Positions 8,842 to 15,440 are shown, counted from the first letter of the stretch. The stretch is DNA of 32,000 nt from Erysipelothrix inopinata (GCF_014396165.1 NZ_CP060715.1:1290001-1322000), one strand, 5' to 3'. The notes: generated from the letters alone by a model not told the origin. Made by a program: numbers and translations.

Positions 8842-9210
8842 CTATTGTACTACTGGCAATCCATTACCATCTTTAAACGCACCAGCCAGGATTACGACAC
8901 AGTCCACAAGAACACCGAATCCACAGAAACCTGCTGTAAAAAAATAAAGAATTCCAGTTCCAATTTTTCCAACATAAAATCTATGGAAACCGAAGACTCC
9001 TAAGAATAAGCATAACGCAAAAGTTGGCCATTTTCCTTTTGGAGATACATTCGAATTTCCGTGAGTATTTCCGTAATTTGAAGTGTTATAGTTTGTTTGA
9101 TAAGAATTATTAACGATAGTAGCTGATTCATTGCTAATAGATTCTTTATAATTACAATATGTGCAAATACCATCTTCCATTGGTGCGCCACAATTTTGAC
9201 ATTTCGACAT
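8842..9210 (-). CDS. Zinc-ribbon plus TM2-domain membrane protein
   Basis: N-terminal CxxC...CxxC (MSKCQNCGAPMEDGICTYCNY) and an N/S/T/Y-rich linker. C-terminal TM2-like ...WPTFALCLFLGVFGFHRFYVGKIGTGILYFFTAGFCGFGVLVDCV. It lies 10 nt upstream of the SPFH gene on the same strand. Confidence 0.7.
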   Translation of the reverse strand: MSKCQNCGAPMEDGICTYCNYKESISNESATIVNNSYQTNYNTSNYGNTHGNSNVSPKGKWPTFALCLFLGVFGFHRFYVGKIGTGILYFFTAGFCGFGVLVDCVVILAGAFKDGNGLPVVQ

Positions 9211-9469
9211 GATTCAATACCCCTTTTCATAAATATATACATTTAACGTTATTATACTATCTTTCCTTGTTAAAATGAATATAAAAGAGGATATAGAGCC
9301 TTATAGGCAAAATAGTCGATAAAATTGAGTGACTGAACTGCTATATTTAAAAATTATGGTGGATCAAAAAATGTGAAACTCTAAGAGATTTAAGGAAAAC
9401 ATTATAATGCTATGAAACCTCAAATCTTTTTGTTATAATACCTATGAAGTAAAAGGAGTGTATTTATAC

Positions 9470-9778
9470 ATGGAAGGTATCGAATTACTAAGTTTTCAAA
9501 TGATTTCATTTAATGGTTCAGCACGTTCATGCTTTGTAGAAGCAATCGCTGCTGCAAAAGAAGGCGACTTTGATCGCGCAGAACAATTAATGGCTGAAGG
9601 GGAAGAACAATTCATCGAAGGACACCGTGTCCACGGTCAATTGATTCAACAAGAAGCACAAAATGGTAACACAGAAGTTAATCTTCTTTTAATCCATGCT
9701 GAAGATCAAATGATGAGCGCAGAAGTCTTAAAGATTATTGCTGCTGAACTTATTGATATTCACAAAAAAATTCAATAA
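9470..9778 (+). CDS. PTS lactose/cellobiose-family EIIA component
   Basis: ...LLSFQMISFNGSARSCFVEAI...LLIHAEDQMMSAEV (conserved His region of EIIA-Lac/Cel). AAGGAG at 9453-9458. An extended -10 TGTTATAAT lies at 9431-9439. Confidence 0.85.
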   Translation: MEGIELLSFQMISFNGSARSCFVEAIAAAKEGDFDRAEQLMAEGEEQFIEGHRVHGQLIQQEAQNGNTEVNLLLIHAEDQMMSAEVLKIIAAELIDIHKKIQ

Positions 9779-9793
9779 GAATTTTATCGTTAG

Positions 9794-9833
9794 TCCCTGG
9801 GATCTATCTTGCGTAGAACCTGGGGATTTTTTT
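9794..9833 (+). terminator. Probable intrinsic terminator after the EIIA gene
   Basis: TCCCTGGG (9794-9801) pairs with CCTGGGGA (9819-9826), including two G-U pairs, and is followed by T7. The loop is long (17 nt). Confidence 0.45.
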
Positions 9834-9849
9834 ATATGTTATTGTATCT

Positions 9850-9877
9850 TTTACATTTTATAGGTTCATGGTACAAT
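9850..9877 (+). promoter_or_regulatory. Sigma-A-type promoter for the unknown membrane protein gene
   Basis: TTTACA (9850-9855), 16 nt, TGg-TACAAT (9869-9877, extended -10). Confidence 0.5.
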
Positions 9878-9895
9878 TTGCTCGAGGTGGAGCAG

Positions 9896-10357
9896 ATGGG
9901 AACTAATAATATTGTAATTATTTTAATTCGTTGTATCGTTGTCGCAATCTATCTATTATGGTTGATTCGCTATAACAAAGCCAAACGTATGGATGAAACA
10001 TTGGCATTTTCGTTTGATACCCGATCATGGATCGAAATTGCAGCTGTAATTATCGGTAATCTATGCCTGATGTTTATTCCAGTTACGCAAGCTAATGTTG
10101 GATTGATGTTAGTATTAGGATATGCAATGCTAGTTATCTCTTTCTTGCATTTAAGACGATTTGTTATCGTTGGTAAGAAAGTTGTATTCTTGTTGGAACA
10201 TCCTTTCGATGTGAAATCATTGAGTAATCTAAAATATCAAAAAGGGGTCATGCATATATCAATTAAGGGTCAATCCTTTAAGGTTCGTTACCCAATTGGT
10301 AACAAAGAAAAAATAGAAGAAAGACTTTCTGGCAAGTATTTTCGTAAAAGTCGTTAA
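9896..10357 (+). CDS. Hypothetical membrane protein (about 3 TM helices plus a basic soluble C-terminal domain)
   Basis: The ATG at 9896 follows GAGGTGGAG. The longer ORF from 9809 would run through the terminator hairpin and the promoter. Hydrophobic segments are IVIILIRCIVVAIYLLWLI, IEIAAVIIGNLCLMFI and LMLVLGYAMLVISFL. I recognise no family. Confidence 0.55.
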   Translation: MGTNNIVIILIRCIVVAIYLLWLIRYNKAKRMDETLAFSFDTRSWIEIAAVIIGNLCLMFIPVTQANVGLMLVLGYAMLVISFLHLRRFVIVGKKVVFLLEHPFDVKSLSNLKYQKGVMHISIKGQSFKVRYPIGNKEKIEERLSGKYFRKSR

Positions 10358-10405
10358 ATAGCCGTTATTTGTTAACGGTTTCATATAGACTATATAAAGT
10401 TTTAT

Positions 10406-10414
10406 TGTTATAAT
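10406..10414 (+). promoter_or_regulatory. Extended -10 element (TGTTATAAT) upstream of the EIIB gene
   Basis: TGTTATAAT lies about 30 nt upstream of the ATG at 10444, with RBS AAGGAGG between them. Only a weak -35 (TAGACT) is present. Confidence 0.4.
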
Positions 10415-10443
10415 GAAGTTGTATTCAAGGAGGATTTTATACT

Positions 10444-10749
10444 ATGAGAAAAATTGTACTACTTTGCTCAGCAGGGATGTCAACTAGTATTTTAGTTACA
10501 AAAATGCAAGAAGCAGCAGCAGCTCAAGGCTATGAAGTTGAAATTTCAGCTCACTCAGTAAGTGAAGCTGCACGTGTGGGAGCTAACGCAGATATCGTGT
10601 TATTAGGACCACAAGTTCGTTTTAACTTAAGCACAGTACAAAAACAATTACCTGAAAAACCAATTCAAGTTATCGATATGCGTGCATACGGAACAATGAA
10701 CGGTGAAGCAGTTATTGCTGAAGTTAAGAAAACATTAGGCGACGCTTAA
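10444..10749 (+). CDS. PTS lactose/cellobiose-family EIIB component
   Basis: MRKIVLLCSAGMSTSILVTKMQEAA... carries the active-site Cys in the canonical LLCSAGMSTS context. Confidence 0.88.
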   Translation: MRKIVLLCSAGMSTSILVTKMQEAAAAQGYEVEISAHSVSEAARVGANADIVLLGPQVRFNLSTVQKQLPEKPIQVIDMRAYGTMNGEAVIAEVKKTLGDA

Positions 10750-10773
10750 TTAGTCAAACAAATGTTAAATAGA

Positions 10774-10799
10774 AATGTTAGTGAAAACTAGCATTTTTT
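10774..10799 (+). terminator. Intrinsic terminator after the EIIB gene
   Basis: AATGTTAGT (10774-10782), loop GAAA, ACTAGCATT (10787-10795) with one G-U pair, followed by a T-run. Confidence 0.65.
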
Positions 10800-10841
10800 A
10801 TTTGCTTAAAATGAATTATAATGTCTACAGGAGGTAAGGTT

Positions 10842-11261
10842 ATGAAAGCAGTTATTGTATATTGGACAGGATCAGGAAATACACAAATTATGGCAGACTC
10901 AATTCAAGAAGCAATTGAGGATATGGATTTAGAATGTGAATACTATCAGGTATCTGAAACGAGTGCCGAAGATGTAAAGGATGCTGATATTTTCTTCTTA
11001 GGATCACCAGCTATGAATGATGAGAATGTGGAAGAGTATGAGTTTAGACCATTTCAAGATGACTTAAACCCACATCTATCAGGAAAAAAGGTCGTTATGT
11101 TTGGATCATACGACTGGGGAGAAGCTGAATGGATGGAAAATTGGAAACAAGAAATGAATGATGTTGGGGCTCAAATTATGGATACATTTGTTGTTCAATG
11201 GGAACCTAATGATGATCAATTGAAAGAAATTTACGATAAAACACAAGAAATAATGAAATAA
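10842..11261 (+). CDS. Short-chain flavodoxin
   Basis: MKAVIVYWTGSGNTQIMA... is the FMN phosphate-binding loop; ...FFLGSPAM... and ...MFGSYDWGE... also fit. The ATG at 10842 follows AGGAGG. Confidence 0.85.
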   Translation: MKAVIVYWTGSGNTQIMADSIQEAIEDMDLECEYYQVSETSAEDVKDADIFFLGSPAMNDENVEEYEFRPFQDDLNPHLSGKKVVMFGSYDWGEAEWMENWKQEMNDVGAQIMDTFVVQWEPNDDQLKEIYDKTQEIMK

Positions 11262-11304
11262 TTTACATTGAATGAAATATATTTAAATATTTTCAGAAAA
11301 GATG

Positions 11305-11332
11305 TTGACATTTTTCATTGGGTGGGTATAAT
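11305..11332 (+). promoter_or_regulatory. Strong sigma-A-type promoter in the flavodoxin-coaD intergenic region
   Basis: TTGACA (11305-11310), 16 nt, TATAAT (11327-11332). Both hexamers match the consensus. Confidence 0.65.
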
Positions 11333-11338
11333 AGTATT

Positions 11339-11491
11339 ATAGATAGCATAACTATCTAATAATACTTGTCCTCAGGAGTCATATAGTAATCTCTTTCCTC
11401 GTTATTTACTATTTAATCTATAGTGTTTCCTCCATTGATTTATAGATGATTATGTCTCCGAAACTAGCGCATGAAAACATGTGCTTTTTTT
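11339..11491 (+). ncRNA. Candidate small RNA (or cis-acting leader of coaD), about 150 nt, promoter-to-terminator unit
   Basis: It lies between the consensus promoter and the intrinsic terminator. There are three hairpins (11333-11366, 11383-11412, 11416-11447). The loops of the last two display CUUUCCUC and UUUCCUCC. No ORF with an RBS is present. The 5' end is inferred from the -10 position only. Confidence 0.45.
11466..11491 (+). terminator. Intrinsic terminator ending the candidate RNA
   Basis: AGCGCATG (11466-11473), loop AAAA, CATGTGCT (11478-11485) with one G-U pair, followed by T7. Confidence 0.75.
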
Positions 11492-11540
11492 CTTTCATTA
11501 AATACGTAAATACGCTATACTTTTAGTAGTGAGGTGCGCT

Positions 11541-12017
11541 ATGAAAGTTATGTATCCAGGATCCTTTGATCCTATTACAATCGGACATTTGGATTTGATA
11601 GAACGTTGTTCAGCAAAATTTGAAGAAGTGATTGTCGCAATTATGATTAACGGAAGTAAGAGTGGTACTTTCACACTAGAAGAACGTTTAGAAATGGTTC
11701 AAGAATCTATTCAACATATGCCAAATGTAAAAGTTGAGGTAGGGGAAGGACTAACGATTGAATTTGCTCAAAAACTGGAATGTGATGTTTTAGTCAGGGG
11801 AATTCGTGCGGTTATGGATTATGAATATGAATTACAACAAGCAACAGCCAATCGTATTCTATGCCCACATATAGAGACGTTATTCTTAGTTGCAAATCCG
11901 AAGTATTCATACATATCTTCATCAGTAGCAAAAGAAATTGCGAAATACGGCGGGGCAATGGATGGTTTCGTTACCAAAAATGTGGCGCGTCGTCTTGAAG
12001 AAAAGTATCGAAAATAA
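11541..12017 (+). CDS. coaD: Pantetheine-phosphate adenylyltransferase
   Basis: MKVMYPGSFDPITIGHLDLIERC... (HxGH-type nucleotidyltransferase motif), ...SSSVAKEIAKYGG. RBS GTGAGGTG. Confidence 0.93.
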   Translation: MKVMYPGSFDPITIGHLDLIERCSAKFEEVIVAIMINGSKSGTFTLEERLEMVQESIQHMPNVKVEVGEGLTIEFAQKLECDVLVRGIRAVMDYEYELQQATANRILCPHIETLFLVANPKYSYISSSVAKEIAKYGGAMDGFVTKNVARRLEEKYRK

Positions 12018-12025
12018 TAAAATAA

Positions 12026-12054
12026 AAAGAGAATATCGCATGATATCTCTTTTT
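12026..12054 (+). terminator. Intrinsic terminator after coaD
   Basis: AGAGAATATC (12028-12037) / GATATCTCT (12042-12050) stem with one bulge, followed by TTTT. Confidence 0.6.
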
Positions 12055-12060
12055 AATCAA

Positions 12061-12135
12061 GCCCCTGTAGTTAAATGGATATAACAAACCCCTCCTAAGG
12101 GTTAATTATCAGTTCAATTCTGGTCGGGGGCGCCA
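12061..12135 (+). tRNA. tRNA-Arg (anticodon CCU), encoded CCA
   Basis: GCCCCTGTAGTTAAATGGATATAACAAACCCCTCCTAAGGGTTAATTATCAGTTCAATTCTGGTCGGGGGCGCCA, with anticodon stem AACCC/GGGTT and loop CUCCUAA. Confidence 0.88.
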
Positions 12136-12150
12136 TATATATTTATTCAT

Positions 12151-12175
12151 AAATCCTTTAGATAAAGGATTTTTT
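12151..12175 (+). terminator. Intrinsic terminator after tRNA-Arg(CCU)
   Basis: AAATCCTTT (12151-12159), loop AGAT, AAAGGATTT (12164-12172), followed by a T-run. Confidence 0.75.
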
Positions 12176-12286
12176 ATATTCTAGATAGTTGGTGAAATAT
12201 TTGAATGTCACTGATCCGCGCCTGTAACTGTAATATATTGTGAGTACGAGGTTTGAAAATGTTATTTATATGTTTTCGAGAGTGTA

Positions 12287-12748
12287 CTATAAATTGAATT
12301 TACTCCAGTCACTGACACTTGTTATAATGGGAAGCCAACACTCTAATTTGAAAGAGTCTTTTGTATAAGGACTTGCGTAACCATCAATTATTGCTACACC
12401 TTCACAATGAATACGTACCCAATCTTCTTTAATTTCCTTAATTACAGAAGTATAGCGTACTAGCGGTTCATGTTCAAAAATATAAAAAGTATCTTCACGT
12501 TCATATGCTGCTTCAATATTTTCCACTTCGAAACAATGTCCTATTAATTCGTCAATTTGTCTAAAAGACGTTTCAATTTGGTTAATGCAAAGATAGGGAC
12601 TTATACTTATTTCTCCGGTGGTATTTTTTTCGAAAGAACAATCGAAAGAATATTCTAAATTGCCGTTTTCTCCGTAATGGACGAAAAAGGCAGTATTTCT
12701 CGTTTTTGTATTTAAAGCAAATGTCGTATTCATAAATTGTAGACTCAT
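12287..12748 (-). CDS. Hypothetical cytoplasmic protein, 153 aa, no family recognised
   Basis: Complete ORF with RBS AAGGGGGA upstream of the ATG. It is acidic and has no TM segment or signal peptide. I see no terminator between it and the upstream MocR-type gene. Confidence 0.6.
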   Translation of the reverse strand: MSLQFMNTTFALNTKTRNTAFFVHYGENGNLEYSFDCSFEKNTTGEISISPYLCINQIETSFRQIDELIGHCFEVENIEAAYEREDTFYIFEHEPLVRYTSVIKEIKEDWVRIHCEGVAIIDGYASPYTKDSFKLECWLPIITSVSDWSKFNL

Positions 12749-12827
12749 AATAGTCCCCCTTACTGATATTATCCTATCACCCTTAACATACGAATGAGTG
12801 AGAACTTAATGATATTTAATTAAGATT

Positions 12828-14201
12828 TTAAGTAATGCTCCATGCATCTTTTAATGCCAAGAGACCTTTAATAACTGTAGCTTCACTTGATTGCGAAAGC
12901 CCTAAAAAAACTGTCGAACAATGTCGCTTATTTTGATAGAAATCTGTAGTAGGATATACTTTTACATTTTTTAGTTTTGCTAGTGCAACGAGTTCATCTG
13001 ATGTTTGAAGAGAATGTAGATCTAAAATTACAAATAGTCCCCCTTGATTGTCACGAACCGTCACTTGATTTCCAAAAATATCTTTACATTGTGAGACAAG
13101 GAAACGATAGCGTTTCTTATATTCTTTGTTCATGATACGGATATGTTTTTCGTAATCGTGATTGTCTATAAATTTTGTAAGGATTGCTTGTTGAAGGGTA
13201 GATACCATTGAGGTTTGGTTACCAAAATATAAATCATAGAGAGGAACCAGTTGTTTTGGTAGAATCAGATAACTCATTCTTAAAGAGGACGATAGTGGCT
13301 TTGAAAAGGTTCCTAAATAAATGACGTTATCATGGGTTGCAATCGACTGTAACGAGGGTACTGGATCACCAACATAGCGGAATTCGCTATCATAATCATC
13401 TTCAATAATGAAAGCATTACGTTTTTGTGCCCAGTCAAGGAGTTCTAAACGCATCGGCATTTGCATCAATCCTCCCGTTGGGAAATGGTGTGAGGGGGTA
13501 ATGAGCAGTGCGTTAATTGGAACATCAGAATTACTTGGAAGATGAATGACGCCGTTTTCGTAGTCAAGGGGTAAAACGTTGCCATGTTTTTTTAGAATAT
13601 TTCTTGAAACAGGGAATCCAGGGTCTTCCATTGCTACTGTAATGGAATCTGATTTACTTTTCAAAATATCGCAAATTATATTTAAACTAAAAGTATGCTC
13701 ATTTGTAATTACGATTTGATCGACATCTGCGTCAATGCCGCGATGCCGCGAAAGATAATGATTTAAGGCAGTTCTTAGTTCTAAACTTCCTTTAGCATCA
13801 AGATGATCTTCTATTTGTCCTTCGAGAACTTCTAAACTGTACTTTTGCCACTTAGAAATAGGAAAGTTTACGAAGTTGGTGCTACCATAGCTAAAGTCTG
13901 CAATATACTGTGGTTTAGTTTCAATCATAGAATATTTTTCAGAAATTGATTTGTTTTTAAGTGTTGTGAAATCATCCCTAACTTGAAATCCAACATTTGA
14001 AACTGAATTAAGATAGCCTTCAATTTCTAATTGTTGATAGGCACGATCAACACTATTTCTACTCACAGAAAGATCTTGTGCGAGTGTTCGAGTTCCAGGT
14101 AAGAAATCCCCTTTTTTTAGGCTGCCGTCAATCATGCTTTGAACCAAATATTTATAGATTTGTTGGAAAATGGGTGTTTCGCTTTTTTTATCGATAAACA
14201 T
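12828..14201 (-). CDS. MocR/GabR-type regulator (GntR winged-helix N-terminus fused to a fold-type I aminotransferase-like domain)
   Basis: N-terminal ...PIFQQIYKYLVQSMIDGSLKKGDFLPGTRTLAQDLSVSRNSVDRAYQQLEIEGYL (GntR HTH). The C-terminal aminotransferase-like region includes ...YLGTFSKPLSSSLRMSYLI (PLP-Lys context). The ATG at 14201 (MFIDKK) follows GAGGTG. The track start at 14222 would cover the divergent promoter region. Confidence 0.85.
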   Translation of the reverse strand: MFIDKKSETPIFQQIYKYLVQSMIDGSLKKGDFLPGTRTLAQDLSVSRNSVDRAYQQLEIEGYLNSVSNVGFQVRDDFTTLKNKSISEKYSMIETKPQYIADFSYGSTNFVNFPISKWQKYSLEVLEGQIEDHLDAKGSLELRTALNHYLSRHRGIDADVDQIVITNEHTFSLNIICDILKSKSDSITVAMEDPGFPVSRNILKKHGNVLPLDYENGVIHLPSNSDVPINALLITPSHHFPTGGLMQMPMRLELLDWAQKRNAFIIEDDYDSEFRYVGDPVPSLQSIATHDNVIYLGTFSKPLSSSLRMSYLILPKQLVPLYDLYFGNQTSMVSTLQQAILTKFIDNHDYEKHIRIMNKEYKKRYRFLVSQCKDIFGNQVTVRDNQGGLFVILDLHSLQTSDELVALAKLKNVKVYPTTDFYQNKRHCSTVFLGLSQSSEATVIKGLLALKDAWSIT

Positions 14202-14211
14202 ATTCACCTCT

Positions 14212-14258
14212 ACTGGACCCATAAAATATTAAATTGGTGGTACTTACGAGGGTCCAGT
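14212..14258. promoter_or_regulatory. Perfect 9-bp inverted repeat (ACTGGACCC ... GGGTCCAGT) in the divergent MocR / AhpD-like promoter region; candidate operator
   Basis: ACTGGACCC at 14212-14220 and GGGTCCAGT at 14250-14258. The right arm sits between a putative -35 TTACGA (14244-14249) and the extended -10 TGTATAAT (14264-14271) of the + strand gene. Confidence 0.4.
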
Positions 14259-14301
14259 TAAAGTGTATAATTGTTGTAGATACAGGTCAAGAGGAGAAAC
14301 T

Positions 14302-14751
14302 ATGAAAAAACAAATAGATTATTATAAGGAAGCACCAGATGCAATGAAAGCAATGTTTGCAATGGAAAAGTTCATTAATGATATCCCGTTGGATTCTAAG
14401 TTAAAGGAATTGGTTAAAATAAGAACATCACAAATTAATGGATGTGCCTATTGTGTCAATGCACACTCAAAAGATGCTCTTGAAATGGGAGAGACAATTC
14501 AAAGAATTATTAGCCTTGTTGTTTGGAGAGAGTGTACGTTTTATTCACGTCAAGAGCAAGCTGCATTAAACCTTGTTGAACATGTAGTGGAAGTTGCAGA
14601 TAAGCGTATTCCAGATGAAGTTTATCAAGAAGTATCTCAATACTTTACAGATCAAGAGTATGTTTACTTAGTATTTTGTATCAATCAAATGAATGCATGG
14701 AATCGCATTGCTATAGCAATGGGAAAGCATGCTGATTTAATGGAACTATAA
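14302..14751 (+). CDS. Carboxymuconolactone decarboxylase (AhpD-like) family protein
   Basis: ...IRTSQINGCAYCVNAHSKDA... is the CxxC motif in the AhpD/CMD context. The ATG at 14302 follows GAGGAGAA. Confidence 0.8.
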   Translation: MKKQIDYYKEAPDAMKAMFAMEKFINDIPLDSKLKELVKIRTSQINGCAYCVNAHSKDALEMGETIQRIISLVVWRECTFYSRQEQAALNLVEHVVEVADKRIPDEVYQEVSQYFTDQEYVYLVFCINQMNAWNRIAIAMGKHADLMEL

Positions 14752-14786
14752 AAAAGAAGGTTTCCCTTCTATCTCTTAAGCATGGT

Positions 14787-15191
14787 TTAAAGACCGTGCT
14801 TTTTAATATTTTGTTTATGGTATAGCAAAGCTGATGATAAGCAGAACCTAATTTCATTAAGTGGTAATGGCTCAAGAGGGTTTAACAATATTGCACGGTT
14901 GTTTAAGAATTGAAGATCATTTGGGAAAAGTTCTCGGAAATTCTCAATGAGAGACGTTTGACAGTGAAAATAGATTGCTACTTGATCATTGAGGCGATCC
15001 ATTCGAATGGGAGTTCCAGACTTGCTCTTGAGAGTAGAGTAAGTAGGTTGTCCCCATTTTAAACTTTCGGTAATTTCGCCAATATCTTTGTTTTCTGCTG
15101 CAATAGTGTAGATTAGTGCTCTAATTTGAACCAAGTAAGAATGGTAGGGCTCTTCATAGTTTGCTAATATATCGAAATTGTCTGTGTTCAT
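14787..15191 (-). CDS. DUF1801 (YdhG-like) domain protein
   Basis: ...ITESLKWGQPTYS...AIYFHCQTSL... resembles DUF1801 family members from memory. RBS GGAGG upstream. Confidence 0.5.
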   Translation of the reverse strand: MNTDNFDILANYEEPYHSYLVQIRALIYTIAAENKDIGEITESLKWGQPTYSTLKSKSGTPIRMDRLNDQVAIYFHCQTSLIENFRELFPNDLQFLNNRAILLNPLEPLPLNEIRFCLSSALLYHKQNIKKHGL

Positions 15192-15276
15192 AAAACCTCC
15201 AGTATACGTGAGTTTATTTCAGTCTAACATAATAAAACAACAGGTAGGTTTATAGTGCTCGGTACATCGAGAAGAT

Positions 15277-15301
15277 AAAAAAAACCAACAAATTGTTGGT
15301 T
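15277..15301 (-). terminator. Intrinsic terminator after tRNA-Leu
   Basis: AACCAACA (15283-15290) / TGTTGGTT (15294-15301) stem. The A8 run on the plus strand gives a U-run on the minus transcript. Confidence 0.75.
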
Positions 15302-15314
15302 GTGAATTTCTTCT

Positions 15315-15399
15315 TGGTGCACCAGATAAGATTTGAACTTACACGACTTGCGTCACACGCCCCTCAAGCGTGCGCGTCTACCGATTCCGCCACTGGTGC
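15315..15399 (-). tRNA. tRNA-Leu (anticodon GAG), long variable arm, encoded CCA
   Basis: The reverse complement reads GCACCAGTGGCGGAATCGGTAGACGCGCACGCTTGAGGGGCGTGTGACGCAAGTCGTGTAAGTTCAAATCTTATCTGGTGCACCA, with anticodon loop UUGAGGG. Confidence 0.9.
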
Positions 15400-15411
15400 A
15401 ACTGCTTTGAT

Positions 15412-15440
15412 ATTATAGCATTCATATTTTTTGATTTCAA
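15412..15440 (-). promoter_or_regulatory. Sigma-A-type promoter for tRNA-Leu
   Basis: On the minus strand: TTGAAA (15435-15440), 17 nt, TATAAT (15412-15417), about 12 nt upstream of the tRNA 5' end. Confidence 0.55.

Noticed and set aside
9809-9895. N-terminal extensions offered by the ORF track: 9809 for the membrane protein, 3731, 7139, 10821, 11529, 14263, 19497 and 24205 for their genes, and 14222 for the minus-strand regulator
   Set aside because: In each case an internal ATG or GTG is preceded by a properly spaced Shine-Dalgarno sequence. The extension overlaps a terminator, a promoter or the upstream gene, so the shorter coordinates are preferred.
11444-11524. A 26-codon plus-strand ORF (MIMSPKLAHENMCFFSFIKYVNTLYF) and an 8-codon minus-strand ORF (MTPEDKYY, about 11354-11380) within the candidate sRNA region
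   Set aside because: The plus-strand ORF has no RBS and runs through the terminator hairpin. The minus-strand mini-ORF has an RBS-like GAGGAAAGAG, but that is just the complement of the anti-SD motif, and the peptide is only 8 aa. Neither is a credible coding gene.
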